From an uncultured virus (IMG/VR IMGVR_UViG_2860317346_000001) (taxonomy: Duplodnaviria; Heunggongvirae; Uroviricota; Caudoviricetes), in the IMG/VR virus record IMGVR_UViG_2860317346_000001, positions 62,001-126,000 of that record: a DNA stretch of 64,000 nucleotides, one strand, 5' to 3'. Position numbers and translations under genes: made by a program. Below, one piece after another: positions 10,963-21,012 of this stretch (its first letter is position 1; every line of letters begins with the position of its first letter). The notes under the pieces are model-generated. The model searched no databases, had not been told where the DNA came from, and saw only the letters and a list, made by a program, of their open reading frames with translations.

Positions 10963-11555
10963 TTTTTATGTACTCATTCACGTGTAGTCACTGTGATAAA
11001 GATTTTTTTGGTGACGAATCCGTAAAGTATTGTCCATATTGCGGGCATGATGATTTTTTGAAATTTAACCCTAACCAGTACGCTTCAACATCGAAAATAC
11101 ACAAATTTAATCCGATGTCGTATGTGTACCCACCGGTCGACAGTATGGATGATAAAGCGCTACTAAATTTAGCCGCATTACTTCTAAAAAACCAGTGGCG
11201 TTCGGGTAAAAGTGCAAAAATAACCTTCAGTGAAGAACCTAATTTGCATCCTGAAACCGACTTACGCACATTTCATATACTATCAACGGAGTATGCGAAA
11301 CGTGTCGGTATAACCCGCAATATATCTGATTCACACAAACCAACCTTTAAATCCGAAGAGACCGTATACACGGAACTTCGGTACGTTGGGAAAGATAGAC
11401 AAGTCTGCTTCGGACAGGCGAATGACGTACCTAGTAATGTTGATTTATTAACTCAATTTTATTTAGAAAATGGGTGGGCGTATTACTTTGTTAAAGGCGA
11501 CAAAATCGAACAAGTAATACGAGGATTAAACGATGGAAAGTACAATAATCGCTGA
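10959..11555 (+). CDS. Zn-ribbon protein
   Basis: N-terminal CSHC-x12-CPYCG zinc ribbon. Confidence 0.65.
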   Translation: MIFMYSFTCSHCDKDFFGDESVKYCPYCGHDDFLKFNPNQYASTSKIHKFNPMSYVYPPVDSMDDKALLNLAALLLKNQWRSGKSAKITFSEEPNLHPETDLRTFHILSTEYAKRVGITRNISDSHKPTFKSEETVYTELRYVGKDRQVCFGQANDVPSNVDLLTQFYLENGWAYYFVKGDKIEQVIRGLNDGKYNNR

Positions 11556-11892
11556 CAAGTTAAGGAAAAGAGGATATTTCGTCCGTAATGATAAATACAG
11601 TATAACCGCGATAGGTAAAGCTTTAAGCGTACACCTAATGCCGAAAAATTCAAAACTCGTTCTAAATTATGACGAAGACGCAATTCCAGTATACGTTTAT
11701 AAGTATTCTATTACTATTGCGAAGTTGAATACGGAGAAGACTGTAATCAAATTATTTTCCCTAGACTCAGACGAACCTATTGCTGAATTAAACACAGCAG
11801 AGGAAACTGTAGAATGGATACTAACGGATGCTTCACGTAAAGTGTGTGAAACTAACTGGTGCTTTAAGCACGGTCGTGAGTGCATCGCTTAA
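11533..11892 (+). CDS. hypothetical protein
   Basis: 119 aa, GAGG RBS. Confidence 0.6.
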   Translation: MESTIIADKLRKRGYFVRNDKYSITAIGKALSVHLMPKNSKLVLNYDEDAIPVYVYKYSITIAKLNTEKTVIKLFSLDSDEPIAELNTAEETVEWILTDASRKVCETNWCFKHGRECIA

Positions 11893-11919
11893 ACAATTTT
11901 ATGCGACGATGGTGATGTT

Positions 11920-13719
11920 ATGAGTGCATTATTGAATATCAGTACATTTGAATCTTTGATGAATGGTTATAATAAGGAAAATGCCAATTTGGTGGCATCC
12001 TCGATAACCAGTGAAAAGGAAATCGTTGGTCACGCAAACAAAACATTTGCGTTAGAATACGATTTACCGCGAGATGTAGCGAAAGCGCACCGGGAAGGTG
12101 TTATACATTTACACGATTTAGATTTTTACGCTAGTCGTTCAAACTGTATGAATCACCCGATCGAAATTATCTTCAGAGAAGGGTTAAACGTATTAACGTG
12201 TGCATCTGGACCTGCGAAACACTTCCAATCCGCAATCAATCACATTTTGAAAGCTTTACATTCGATGCAAGGTGAATTAGCAGGTGGGCAAGGTATACCT
12301 ATGTTTAACGTGTTTTTAGCGCCGTTCGCACGTGGTGCGACTGATGCCGAAATTTATCAAGGTGTTCAGCATTTCATCTACGAATGTAACCAACTCAATG
12401 CGTCAAGAGGTATGCAAACCATATTTTCTAACGTAAATTGTGAATATTCGATTCCTGACTTCATGAAAGATGAAGAAGTTAAATATTCGAAGGAAATTGG
12501 TTCAACGTTTGGTGAATATGAGGTTGAAGCTAGAAAAATTCTTGACGCCGTGTGTAGCGTATTATTGAAGAAAGATTTCGAAGGTAAACCGTTCTTGTTC
12601 CCTAATTTCATTACGGTTATTAGGAAAGAAACAGACCCAAGCGACGAGTTATTCAAAAAAGTAATTCAAGTGAACTTAGAAGTGAACAACGCGTATTACA
12701 TAAACATGATGAAATACGGTACTAACCTCGGTTCAGCAATGGGTTGTAGAACATGGTTAGATGACAGTTACACTGGTGACTGGAAGAAAGACGTGTTTGC
12801 TACAGGAAACTTCGAATATGTAACAATCAACCTTCCACGTATTGCTATCCTGAATAAAATGAACAGAACGCCAGTCGAAGAATTACTGGACAATGCAATA
12901 AGGTTAGCTACTAAAGGTTTGTTCAAACGTAGAGAAAACATCGTTACAAAATATGAAAACAACAAGTACCGATTCATGAAAATGTATGACACCGAAGATT
13001 ATGGACACTACAACAATTACGACAGAACCACGATGGGTGTTGGATTTGTTGGGTTATCGGAATTTTTAACTCTTATGAATGCTGACCGAACATACGGTTT
13101 AGAATTCATGACCGCGTTTAAGAGAAGGGTAGATAACTTAAACAAAGTATCATACCACGATTTAGCTAGGAGTGTAGGTGTTGAATACACCGAACGTGAC
13201 GAAAAACCTAGATGGTCATTAATTGGTAGCCCAGCCGAATCATGTAGTTACAGGTTAAAAAGTCTCGACAACAAACTCTACGGTAGAGCGTTGAAATCCG
13301 AGAAGTTATACACCAAAAAGTATTACACGAATTCATTCCACGTACCGGAATCATCAGATGTAACTGCACTTGATAAATTACACGATGAAGAACAATTCCA
13401 CAAATTATGTAACGGTGGGTCAATAACTCACGTGTGGAACCCGGAAATTGACACAAACATCGATAGCGTTGCACAGTTCACGTACAACATATTGAAATCC
13501 TCGAATGTAAGATACATGACATACAGCCCAACGTTAGTTTACTGTAAAGCTTGTAAATCATTGTATTCAGGCGAACAGTCCGCTGAGAACTGTAAATGTT
13601 GTGGTTCACCAAACATCACCACGTACGCTAAAATTACCGGATACCTCGCGGATACAGGAAACTGGAACGAAGGTAAACGGCAAGAACTCATGAACCGTCA
13701 CGATTTCAAAGTGGATTAG
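11920..13719 (+). CDS. nrdD: anaerobic (class III) ribonucleoside-triphosphate reductase, no ATP cone
   Basis: NKENAN, IHLHDLD, SNC, GGQG, MGCRT, PAES, YYTNSFH, Zn site CKAC/CKCC and glycyl-radical loop KITGYL. Confidence 0.96.
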   Translation: MSALLNISTFESLMNGYNKENANLVASSITSEKEIVGHANKTFALEYDLPRDVAKAHREGVIHLHDLDFYASRSNCMNHPIEIIFREGLNVLTCASGPAKHFQSAINHILKALHSMQGELAGGQGIPMFNVFLAPFARGATDAEIYQGVQHFIYECNQLNASRGMQTIFSNVNCEYSIPDFMKDEEVKYSKEIGSTFGEYEVEARKILDAVCSVLLKKDFEGKPFLFPNFITVIRKETDPSDELFKKVIQVNLEVNNAYYINMMKYGTNLGSAMGCRTWLDDSYTGDWKKDVFATGNFEYVTINLPRIAILNKMNRTPVEELLDNAIRLATKGLFKRRENIVTKYENNKYRFMKMYDTEDYGHYNNYDRTTMGVGFVGLSEFLTLMNADRTYGLEFMTAFKRRVDNLNKVSYHDLARSVGVEYTERDEKPRWSLIGSPAESCSYRLKSLDNKLYGRALKSEKLYTKKYYTNSFHVPESSDVTALDKLHDEEQFHKLCNGGSITHVWNPEIDTNIDSVAQFTYNILKSSNVRYMTYSPTLVYCKACKSLYSGEQSAENCKCCGSPNITTYAKITGYLADTGNWNEGKRQELMNRHDFKVD

Positions 13720-13728
13720 TGATTCTCT

Positions 13729-14259
13729 ATGAATTTCATGTACGACGCACCGAGATTTGATATGAGCAAATCACCTGCTCTTGTAATTTTTTTCAATAAA
13801 TGTAATGTGAAGTGTAAATACTGTGACATTTCGTTTTTGAAGAAATTTAGAAATGGTGACCAGTTGAATCTCGATAAGATATTACCGTATGTGGATGATG
13901 TTGTGTTTTCTGGTGGTGAACCGTTGATGTTTTTCGACGAATTAGTAGAATTCGTAAAAACTGTAAAACAGCACTCAAAATCGTTAGTTTTATACACGAA
14001 CGCACTTTTACTCGATAGGCTATTAGAAGTTATAGATGAATTCGATAACGTTGTTATAGACGTTAAAGGAACTACAACCGACAATATTCTCGATAACGTG
14101 AAAATGGGTAAACGTGCTGCAGCAACGTTACTAGAAAACTACAAAATACTCAATACCACGTACGCAGACAAAATCGAATTCCGTGTAAATCAGTATATTG
14201 AACGGAATGATTTTTACAATGAATTGGTAAATAAAACCGAATACACAACCGTGGAGTGA
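13729..14259 (+). CDS. nrdG: glycyl-radical activating enzyme (radical SAM)
   Basis: CNVKCKYC (CxxxCxxC), FSGGEP; immediately downstream of nrdD. Confidence 0.92.
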   Translation: MNFMYDAPRFDMSKSPALVIFFNKCNVKCKYCDISFLKKFRNGDQLNLDKILPYVDDVVFSGGEPLMFFDELVEFVKTVKQHSKSLVLYTNALLLDRLLEVIDEFDNVVIDVKGTTTDNILDNVKMGKRAAATLLENYKILNTTYADKIEFRVNQYIERNDFYNELVNKTEYTTVE

Positions 14260-14264
14260 TTATC

Positions 14265-15953
14265 ATGCCTAGTGTCGTAGTTGTCGGTGATTTAGACCAA
14301 TTCATCGACCTTTACTATTTTGCTCAAACCGCACCGCCGATACCCGAAGCCGGGTCGGTATACTACGATGTTGAAAACCAACAACTTTGTGTGTATGACA
14401 TAAACACCGAAGCGTGGATAACGTTCGACGCAGCTACATCTAAGATTTCGGATGTTATGGTTTTGGTTAGAGCTGGTGATGACCTGTTCGATACACCAAA
14501 GAAAGGCTACTTACAGATAAATTCCGATAACTCGGCGTCCGTGTACACTGGTACAGATTGGATAAAACTTGGAGTATCAAAACTCAAAACTATCACACTG
14601 AATGCAAATATCAGCAACACAGCGTACTTGATACCAGAAACGGATTCATCCGCAGCCGATGTATCGTTACCGGAATCATTCTATCGTATTTTCAAAATAC
14701 CACTGGACCACGAAGTCGTTCCGTATTTCTTCTTAGTAAATGAAGTGGATGGTATAACTACTCTATCAAACGTTGAAGTCGAACATGAATTCGAAATCAT
14801 CAACGATACGGAATATTTGGTTTTGAAATTCGACGATAGAAATATCCCGAAAACACTAAAAATTAAGTTTATCGATTGTGCTACAAAAATTGAAAAGTAT
14901 ACAATCGCTGATGAAACTTCATTCGAAAACATTAATACGATTAATCCATTCAGCCTTATCGGTTCGATGACTGATAACGAAATCTACACAATAGAGCTTA
15001 ATAACCCAAACGAGTATACACTTGAGAACTATCTACTCGAAGTTAACCTAGATAATGACAACTTTAACTTCGCGGCATCAAGCGGTACGGGTAATGATAT
15101 CACATTCTACACCGACGTCGAATTATCACAAATCCTTCCAGTAGAAAAGATTTCGTGGAATTATGTCGAACGTACAGGACAGTACAAGGTAAAGTTAGCA
15201 ACTGTAGAAACTGGAGTAAATACAATCTACATGGTTGTAGGTATCACAGGGTCCTACCAATCGCTGACGTTAAATTTACTGAACGCAGTAAACATAACCG
15301 ATACAACCGTGAATATCACCGCTAAAAAAGCTTTCGAGTTAAACGGTACATTCACAGGTACAGCCGACGACCCATATATTCAGATAACGTTAATCGATGC
15401 TTTGTCGGAATTAACACAAACGGTAGCTTTACCTGTTGATGCCGGCGAACAACATCTAAACGTGATATGTGACGATAACGGTGTGGTTTTAATCGACGGT
15501 GTAGAAATTGGGTCCATGAATACAGAAACAGTTAAACAGATAAAATTCACGGTACTCGGTGATTCAGCAACGAACGTGTATTATCTTTCACTGACCGAAA
15601 ATAACCACTACAATAACCCACCGGCGGTAATTAGTCAAAACCAAACGTCTGTATATGGTTACAAGACATTTACAACCGACGATTACGTTATGTGTAGATT
15701 CAAAATTGAAACTGTAATCGCGGAACCACAAGAATTTATCATTAGAATTCACCCAAACGATAACCCGTACGATGTACTATATGAAGGTGTTTTCACGACA
15801 ACCGGGGCAACGACAAACGGACATTACGTCTTTTTTGTGCCCGCCGTGGGTGTGTCGTATAGAATTAATCTAATTTCCGATACACATTTCAATCTTATGG
15901 ACACCAACATGTGGACCGTATCCGAAAACTTCTACGCTTCAATGGTGGTATAA
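14265..15953 (+). CDS. DUF2341-like domain protein, putative adhesin/tail fibre
   Basis: IELNNPNEYTLENYLLEVNLDNDNFNF...GNDITF...LPVEKISWN matches DUF2341 pattern; N-terminal GSVYYD..Q.LCVY tail-fibre-like motif. Confidence 0.65.
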   Translation: MPSVVVVGDLDQFIDLYYFAQTAPPIPEAGSVYYDVENQQLCVYDINTEAWITFDAATSKISDVMVLVRAGDDLFDTPKKGYLQINSDNSASVYTGTDWIKLGVSKLKTITLNANISNTAYLIPETDSSAADVSLPESFYRIFKIPLDHEVVPYFFLVNEVDGITTLSNVEVEHEFEIINDTEYLVLKFDDRNIPKTLKIKFIDCATKIEKYTIADETSFENINTINPFSLIGSMTDNEIYTIELNNPNEYTLENYLLEVNLDNDNFNFAASSGTGNDITFYTDVELSQILPVEKISWNYVERTGQYKVKLATVETGVNTIYMVVGITGSYQSLTLNLLNAVNITDTTVNITAKKAFELNGTFTGTADDPYIQITLIDALSELTQTVALPVDAGEQHLNVICDDNGVVLIDGVEIGSMNTETVKQIKFTVLGDSATNVYYLSLTENNHYNNPPAVISQNQTSVYGYKTFTTDDYVMCRFKIETVIAEPQEFIIRIHPNDNPYDVLYEGVFTTTGATTNGHYVFFVPAVGVSYRINLISDTHFNLMDTNMWTVSENFYASMVV

Positions 15954-16372
15954 TGCCATCGGTTGTTGTTAGAGCATTTAGTACAACTGATTTTACATTC
16001 GAGGATTTAATCGTTCTTGAATCAGAATCTAACCTACTAAATATCGGTAGAAGTTATTATAATCGTACGGAAGATACGCTATACACTAAAGCGCTCGATA
16101 AATACGTACCGATGATGATAAAAAAAGAAACCCGTAATCCGATATTAATGCTGAAAGACGCACTAACTTGTAACGGCGACGTTACAATAACGGATAAAAA
16201 CACGCTTGTAATACGAAACAACCTTTTTAACAAGGAAGTTTTAACTGAGAACGTATTGAAAGACCTAATGTGTTATAAGTTTTACAAACTCGAAGCTGAC
16301 GGCAGAAAGCGATACGTAAAGATAAACTATACGGTTTCAGTTTACGATGGTGATATAACATGTTCGTTATAG
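15953..16372 (+). CDS. hypothetical protein, N-terminally paralogous to upstream gene
   Basis: TAATG coupling; begins MPSVVV like the upstream protein. Confidence 0.6.
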   Translation: MPSVVVRAFSTTDFTFEDLIVLESESNLLNIGRSYYNRTEDTLYTKALDKYVPMMIKKETRNPILMLKDALTCNGDVTITDKNTLVIRNNLFNKEVLTENVLKDLMCYKFYKLEADGRKRYVKINYTVSVYDGDITCSL

Positions 16373-17040
16373 GCGATGCTCACATTAAATCGAATAAAGA
16401 GTATATAGATTTTATTCACGTCGTTAACACGTTAGCGGCTTTAGATAAAGTGGTTTTACTCGGTGATATCTTAGATTTTACTAAAATTGAAGTTACGAAA
16501 TTAGACTGGAAAGTTAAGGATTTCGTGCACCCTAATCTCGTTTATGTTTATGGTAACCACGATATAGTGGCCCCAGAATTGGGTATTCCGTGTTATGAAT
16601 TTTATGAAGAAGGCGGTTTACGTTTTGAACATGGTCATAGATTTGAAGCCCGGTTGAATTCTAATTTCTTTATCCAACCGGAAGAGTATAACAATCTATT
16701 CAGGACGTTGTGTTGGAGTAAAGCCAATGCAAATAAACTAACACACACGTTATGGCAACTTAAAACGCTTATTACACGTAAAGTGCATTCGAATATAAAG
16801 TACGATATCATTAACGAAATGTATCGCTACGGAAATATGATTTGTGCTCATACACACGCTGAATTATTCAATAAAGCTACGAATACGTTATTAGTGGATT
16901 CGTATGTAGATAAGAAGTTGATATATTATGTTGAACCAGAAAAGTTTAAGCGACGCGGGACCTACGATACACTCAGTCACACCGGAACCCTTAAGCAGTT
17001 ACGGGATAGTGCATATCAACTCAGACATAATAAAAGTTGA
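16360..17040 (+). CDS. calcineurin-like metallophosphoesterase
   Basis: Motifs GDAH, GDILD, GNHD, HGH, HTH. Confidence 0.88.
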   Translation: MFVIGDAHIKSNKEYIDFIHVVNTLAALDKVVLLGDILDFTKIEVTKLDWKVKDFVHPNLVYVYGNHDIVAPELGIPCYEFYEEGGLRFEHGHRFEARLNSNFFIQPEEYNNLFRTLCWSKANANKLTHTLWQLKTLITRKVHSNIKYDIINEMYRYGNMICAHTHAELFNKATNTLLVDSYVDKKLIYYVEPEKFKRRGTYDTLSHTGTLKQLRDSAYQLRHNKS

Positions 17041-17434
17041 CCGTATAGGTTGGCGACTATTTTATAAAACCGATAACGAATACGTTGTCTTGATTAATTC
17101 GGGGTTCGAATCTATCGAAAACCCCGGTGATTTTTACTTTTTTAAACCCGATATAAAGTGTAAACGAGTTGTATTCCCCGTCGTGTATAAATACAAATTC
17201 ACCGAAGAGAACGAAATTATACGGCATAATGACACGTTGTCGACGTTAAACGGTGTAGACATTACCGATTATAAACGTGAAAATTTATCACAAGTCACCG
17301 GATTATCGTATCTAAGTTTATATGGTATCTACGTTGACTCCTGTGGTAAGGTGCCAAGTGAGACAGAAATCATTGAAATGATAAAACTTGACCGTAACGA
17401 TAAACGGCGTAATAACAAAAAGCGTAAGAAATAG
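16928..17434 (+). CDS. hypothetical protein (start uncertain)
   Basis: ORF overlaps upstream gene; basic C-terminus. Confidence 0.5.
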   Translation: MLNQKSLSDAGPTIHSVTPEPLSSYGIVHINSDIIKVDRIGWRLFYKTDNEYVVLINSGFESIENPGDFYFFKPDIKCKRVVFPVVYKYKFTEENEIIRHNDTLSTLNGVDITDYKRENLSQVTGLSYLSLYGIYVDSCGKVPSETEIIEMIKLDRNDKRRNNKKRKK

Positions 17435-17442
17435 GTGATGGT

Positions 17443-17634
17443 GTGGTTATTAAATTAAGTTCAGCGTCTAAAAACCAAATCAAAAAACAAATTAGCACGA
17501 AATCAACCAAACCGATTAAGGATGAACCATTCAGTGTTAATGCGTTTGTCGATAACTGGTGGTACGCTCAAAAAATGTATATACCCGATGATATTGCAGC
17601 AAAAATAAAACATAACCCATTACAGGGGTTGTAG
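17443..17634 (+). CDS. hypothetical protein
   Basis: 63 aa, AGGTGA RBS. Confidence 0.6.
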   Translation: MVIKLSSASKNQIKKQISTKSTKPIKDEPFSVNAFVDNWWYAQKMYIPDDIAAKIKHNPLQGL

Positions 17635-17642
17635 GTGATACT

Positions 17643-18266
17643 ATGTTAATTGAAGAGTTTTCAAAAATAATAAAACCATTAAAAGATGCCAACTGTATTT
17701 ACGTTACAAACGGTAAAGTAAAGTTTTCGTACGCTAATCGGGCGGTGTATGGGTTTTTAACCACGGAATACGATTTACCGGATTTCAAATTATCATACTT
17801 ACCTAATCTTTACGATATACTTAATACGGGAAATTATGACAGTAATGAACTTGTAATTACCGACGAAATACTTACTGATAACAAAAAAGCTATCGAATAC
17901 CCGTTATCGTGTGTAAGTGTCATGCCGTTCGAATGTATTATACCAAACGACATGAGTGGTGAAATCGACATGACAAAACTCAAAGTTGATTACATTTCAT
18001 TTGAAGGTGGTGGCGCTTATGGTATCAAAGAAGGTATAAACGCTAGAATGCTATTATCGGAAAAACAACACCATTTCAACGCTACGGTTAGAATTAAAGA
18101 TAAATTGTCGCTTTTACCAAAAACCAAATACAAGTATAGTTTAGGTGGTTCGACGTTAATCCTTAACCCGATTAATAACCCCGATATGTATTTTATTGTA
18201 ACCCTCGATTCAGTTTATTCATTAGAGCAGAAAAAGGCCGTAGATGCGATATTTGATGAATTATAA
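17643..18266 (+). CDS. putative DNA polymerase sliding clamp (T4 gp45-like)
   Basis: Size and segment-wise resemblance to T4 gp45 as recalled; upstream of polB. Confidence 0.55.
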   Translation: MLIEEFSKIIKPLKDANCIYVTNGKVKFSYANRAVYGFLTTEYDLPDFKLSYLPNLYDILNTGNYDSNELVITDEILTDNKKAIEYPLSCVSVMPFECIIPNDMSGEIDMTKLKVDYISFEGGGAYGIKEGINARMLLSEKQHHFNATVRIKDKLSLLPKTKYKYSLGGSTLILNPINNPDMYFIVTLDSVYSLEQKKAVDAIFDEL

Positions 18267-18284
18267 TTTTTTGGTGTAATCCAC

Positions 18285-18482
18285 ATGTCTAAGAAAAAAA
18301 TAACTAAACATGACATATTTAAGCAAATAGAAGAAGATAAAATCGATTGGTTAGCTATGGACACCGACGACGATGAAGAAACGCTCATACACGATGGTAT
18401 GGTGATGTCTGAGAGTGCGTTAAGTGAAGATTGGTTAGATGATGATGTATGGGATACATACGGGTGGGATGATGGAAAATAA
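18285..18482 (+). CDS. small acidic protein with SESALSEDW motif (antitoxin-like or DNA-mimic)
   Basis: Very Asp/Glu-rich, basic N-terminus; GGTG RBS. Confidence 0.5.
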   Translation: MSKKKITKHDIFKQIEEDKIDWLAMDTDDDEETLIHDGMVMSESALSEDWLDDDVWDTYGWDDGK

Positions 18483-21012
18483 TGAATGCACACTTATATC
18501 AGCTCAACAGAAAGGTTCTGAACTTCTCTGTTCTTTTAGAAACGAAGACGGTACGGTTAGAAACATGGTTATAGATTATTTTCAACCATATTTTTACGCA
18601 CCGAACACTACGATGTATAAAAAAGAAATGATAACGTCACTAAACAATGTTAGAAAAATAACAACGAAAACGCCATACGATATTCGTAAATTTAGGGATA
18701 GTTATGGTAGTTACACTTATGAATCAGACCTTTCATTCGATAGACGATTTTTCTTAGACCACTCTGAGCTTATAAATAATGAAATCAAATGGAATGTTTC
18801 ATGGATAGATATCGAAGCTCGAATGTTTACAACGGACCACCAAGGTAATCGTATTTCACACACGATACAAGGTCTTAGAGACGGTGATACGTATATTACC
18901 GCCATAACCAAAATGGATTCGTTGTATAAACGAATTAAAGTGTTCACCTTAACGAAAGGAACCGACATTGAACTAATTAAAGAAAGTGTATTTGGTGATG
19001 TCGTAACCAAACTTAACCGTGACGGTGAAATGACTGACGATGAAATTTTAGAGAAAAAAGCGGCAGTTCGTGATATACTTAAAGGCTATACGTTAGATAT
19101 TGTCATTTGTAGTGATGAAAGGGAGTTAATGAAACTGTTTTTGGCAGATTTACAAGAATTCCAACCGGATGTGGTTACGGGTTGGAACGTCGGTTTCGAT
19201 TTTGTTACAATTTACAACCGTGCAACGCGATTGGGGTTAAATTATTTACTTACGATGTTCAACCCGCTCAAGTATAAAGCCGAAGTAAAAATCAGACTCA
19301 CTGACGACGGAAACGAAATAATCGATTATCACACACCGGGTTATTACGTAGTAGATTACATGGATATCTACAAGAAAAGGCGCGGTAAGGTTGAGAACAG
19401 TTACGCTTTAAGTTATATAACGAACAGCTGGAAAGTTGAAATACCAAAAATTGACCACGGTTACGGTACCGTTGATGATTTACAAGATGGCGACCATACA
19501 CTATTCACGTATTACAACTTAATTGACGTTATTTCGATGTTTTTACTCGACGTTAAAACCGGATACATGGATACATCAATTCTACTATGTAACATTTCAA
19601 ACTGTCCATTTTGTAGCTGTACAGCGAATAGAACACTCGTTGATTCTTATCTTATATCTTCACTTAAAAAGCGTGGAGAGGTTAGAATATCACCACACGA
19701 AAAAGTTATGGATGATTCATCGTATGCTGGTGGTTACGTTAACGCCGAAACTGGATATTATTGTGCTTATTTTTGTGACCTGGATTTCACATCGATGTAT
19801 CCTATGATGATGATAAGTCTAAACATCAGCCCGGATACCTACGTAGAAATACCGGATAAAAATGGTAACTATACGATAGCAGCTAATGGTGCGCGGTTTA
19901 GAAAAGATAAAGTTGGTATAGTACCGGAAATTCTCGAACATTTGTTTAAACAACGTAAAGCGGATAAACACACAGCGATGGATTATAAAAACCAGTACGA
20001 CCAAACCGGTGATGAAAAGTATAATGATTTATTCAACTTATATTGGAATTTACAATCAGCTGAAAAAGTAATGTTGAATTCGTTTTACGGTGTAATGGGT
20101 GATAAGAAATACGCATTATATATGAAACCTGTAGCCGAAGCTGTAACTACCAGTGGTCAGAAGTTAATTAAATATGCAATCACCGAATTAAACGCTGCTG
20201 GTTATAAAGTGATTTATACGGACACAGATTCATGTTATGTTATCCTTGGGCCTGCTGAGGAAGGTAAACTTGATTTGTCAGATTCGAGTATAACGGCTAT
20301 ACTAAAATATGTTGACGGTATCGACGAGCTTTATAAGTTCATTAACGCCAAATTCGATATACTCGCGGCTGATATGAATATCGACAAAGGTAAACACAGG
20401 TTTGAAATGAAATCGGAATTACTTGGAAGAAATATCTTAATCATGTCAAACAAAATGTACGCGTTTAACGAATTATTATCCGAAGGTAAGATAGCCGATT
20501 TACGTAAATGTAAAACGGATGAAGAACGTGTAACGTACTTGAAAAATAGTAACCTTGACCCATCTGTGATTATTAAAGGAATTGTCATAATTAAATCGAC
20601 CTGTCCACGATTAATACGTAAATACGTAACCGCGGTACTAAAGAAACTTATCGTCGGTGAAATAAACAGAGAGACATTCGGTTTATTACTTGATGGTTTA
20701 TGGGAACGTAAAATCGTACCTGATGCCAAACGTGACCCATTAGGTATAGCTAAAGTTATTCGATTGAATAAAATACCTAAAATTGAAAATCAAAACGTTA
20801 GAGCAATTAAACGTTACAACGAAACTCATAACGTTTCGATATCACTAGGTGAAAAGGTATTTTTCCTCAAAACACTTGGCGATAACAGTGAAGTTGTTTA
20901 TAAAATGGGTGAAAAAGTAGACTCACAAGCCATAGATTTCAAAACTATGTACAAGAGTACATATAAAGTGCTTAAAGAAAGGTTAATTGACTGTATAAGG
21001 TGTAATGGATGA
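18472..21012 (+). CDS. polB: family B DNA polymerase with 3'-5' exonuclease
   Basis: ExoI WIDIE, ExoII GWNVGFD, ExoIII YNLID; motif A DFTSMYP, B KVMLNSFYG, C YTDTDS; start 18469/18472. Confidence 0.97.
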   Translation: MENNECTLISAQQKGSELLCSFRNEDGTVRNMVIDYFQPYFYAPNTTMYKKEMITSLNNVRKITTKTPYDIRKFRDSYGSYTYESDLSFDRRFFLDHSELINNEIKWNVSWIDIEARMFTTDHQGNRISHTIQGLRDGDTYITAITKMDSLYKRIKVFTLTKGTDIELIKESVFGDVVTKLNRDGEMTDDEILEKKAAVRDILKGYTLDIVICSDERELMKLFLADLQEFQPDVVTGWNVGFDFVTIYNRATRLGLNYLLTMFNPLKYKAEVKIRLTDDGNEIIDYHTPGYYVVDYMDIYKKRRGKVENSYALSYITNSWKVEIPKIDHGYGTVDDLQDGDHTLFTYYNLIDVISMFLLDVKTGYMDTSILLCNISNCPFCSCTANRTLVDSYLISSLKKRGEVRISPHEKVMDDSSYAGGYVNAETGYYCAYFCDLDFTSMYPMMMISLNISPDTYVEIPDKNGNYTIAANGARFRKDKVGIVPEILEHLFKQRKADKHTAMDYKNQYDQTGDEKYNDLFNLYWNLQSAEKVMLNSFYGVMGDKKYALYMKPVAEAVTTSGQKLIKYAITELNAAGYKVIYTDTDSCYVILGPAEEGKLDLSDSSITAILKYVDGIDELYKFINAKFDILAADMNIDKGKHRFEMKSELLGRNILIMSNKMYAFNELLSEGKIADLRKCKTDEERVTYLKNSNLDPSVIIKGIVIIKSTCPRLIRKYVTAVLKKLIVGEINRETFGLLLDGLWERKIVPDAKRDPLGIAKVIRLNKIPKIENQNVRAIKRYNETHNVSISLGEKVFFLKTLGDNSEVVYKMGEKVDSQAIDFKTMYKSTYKVLKERLIDCIRCNG

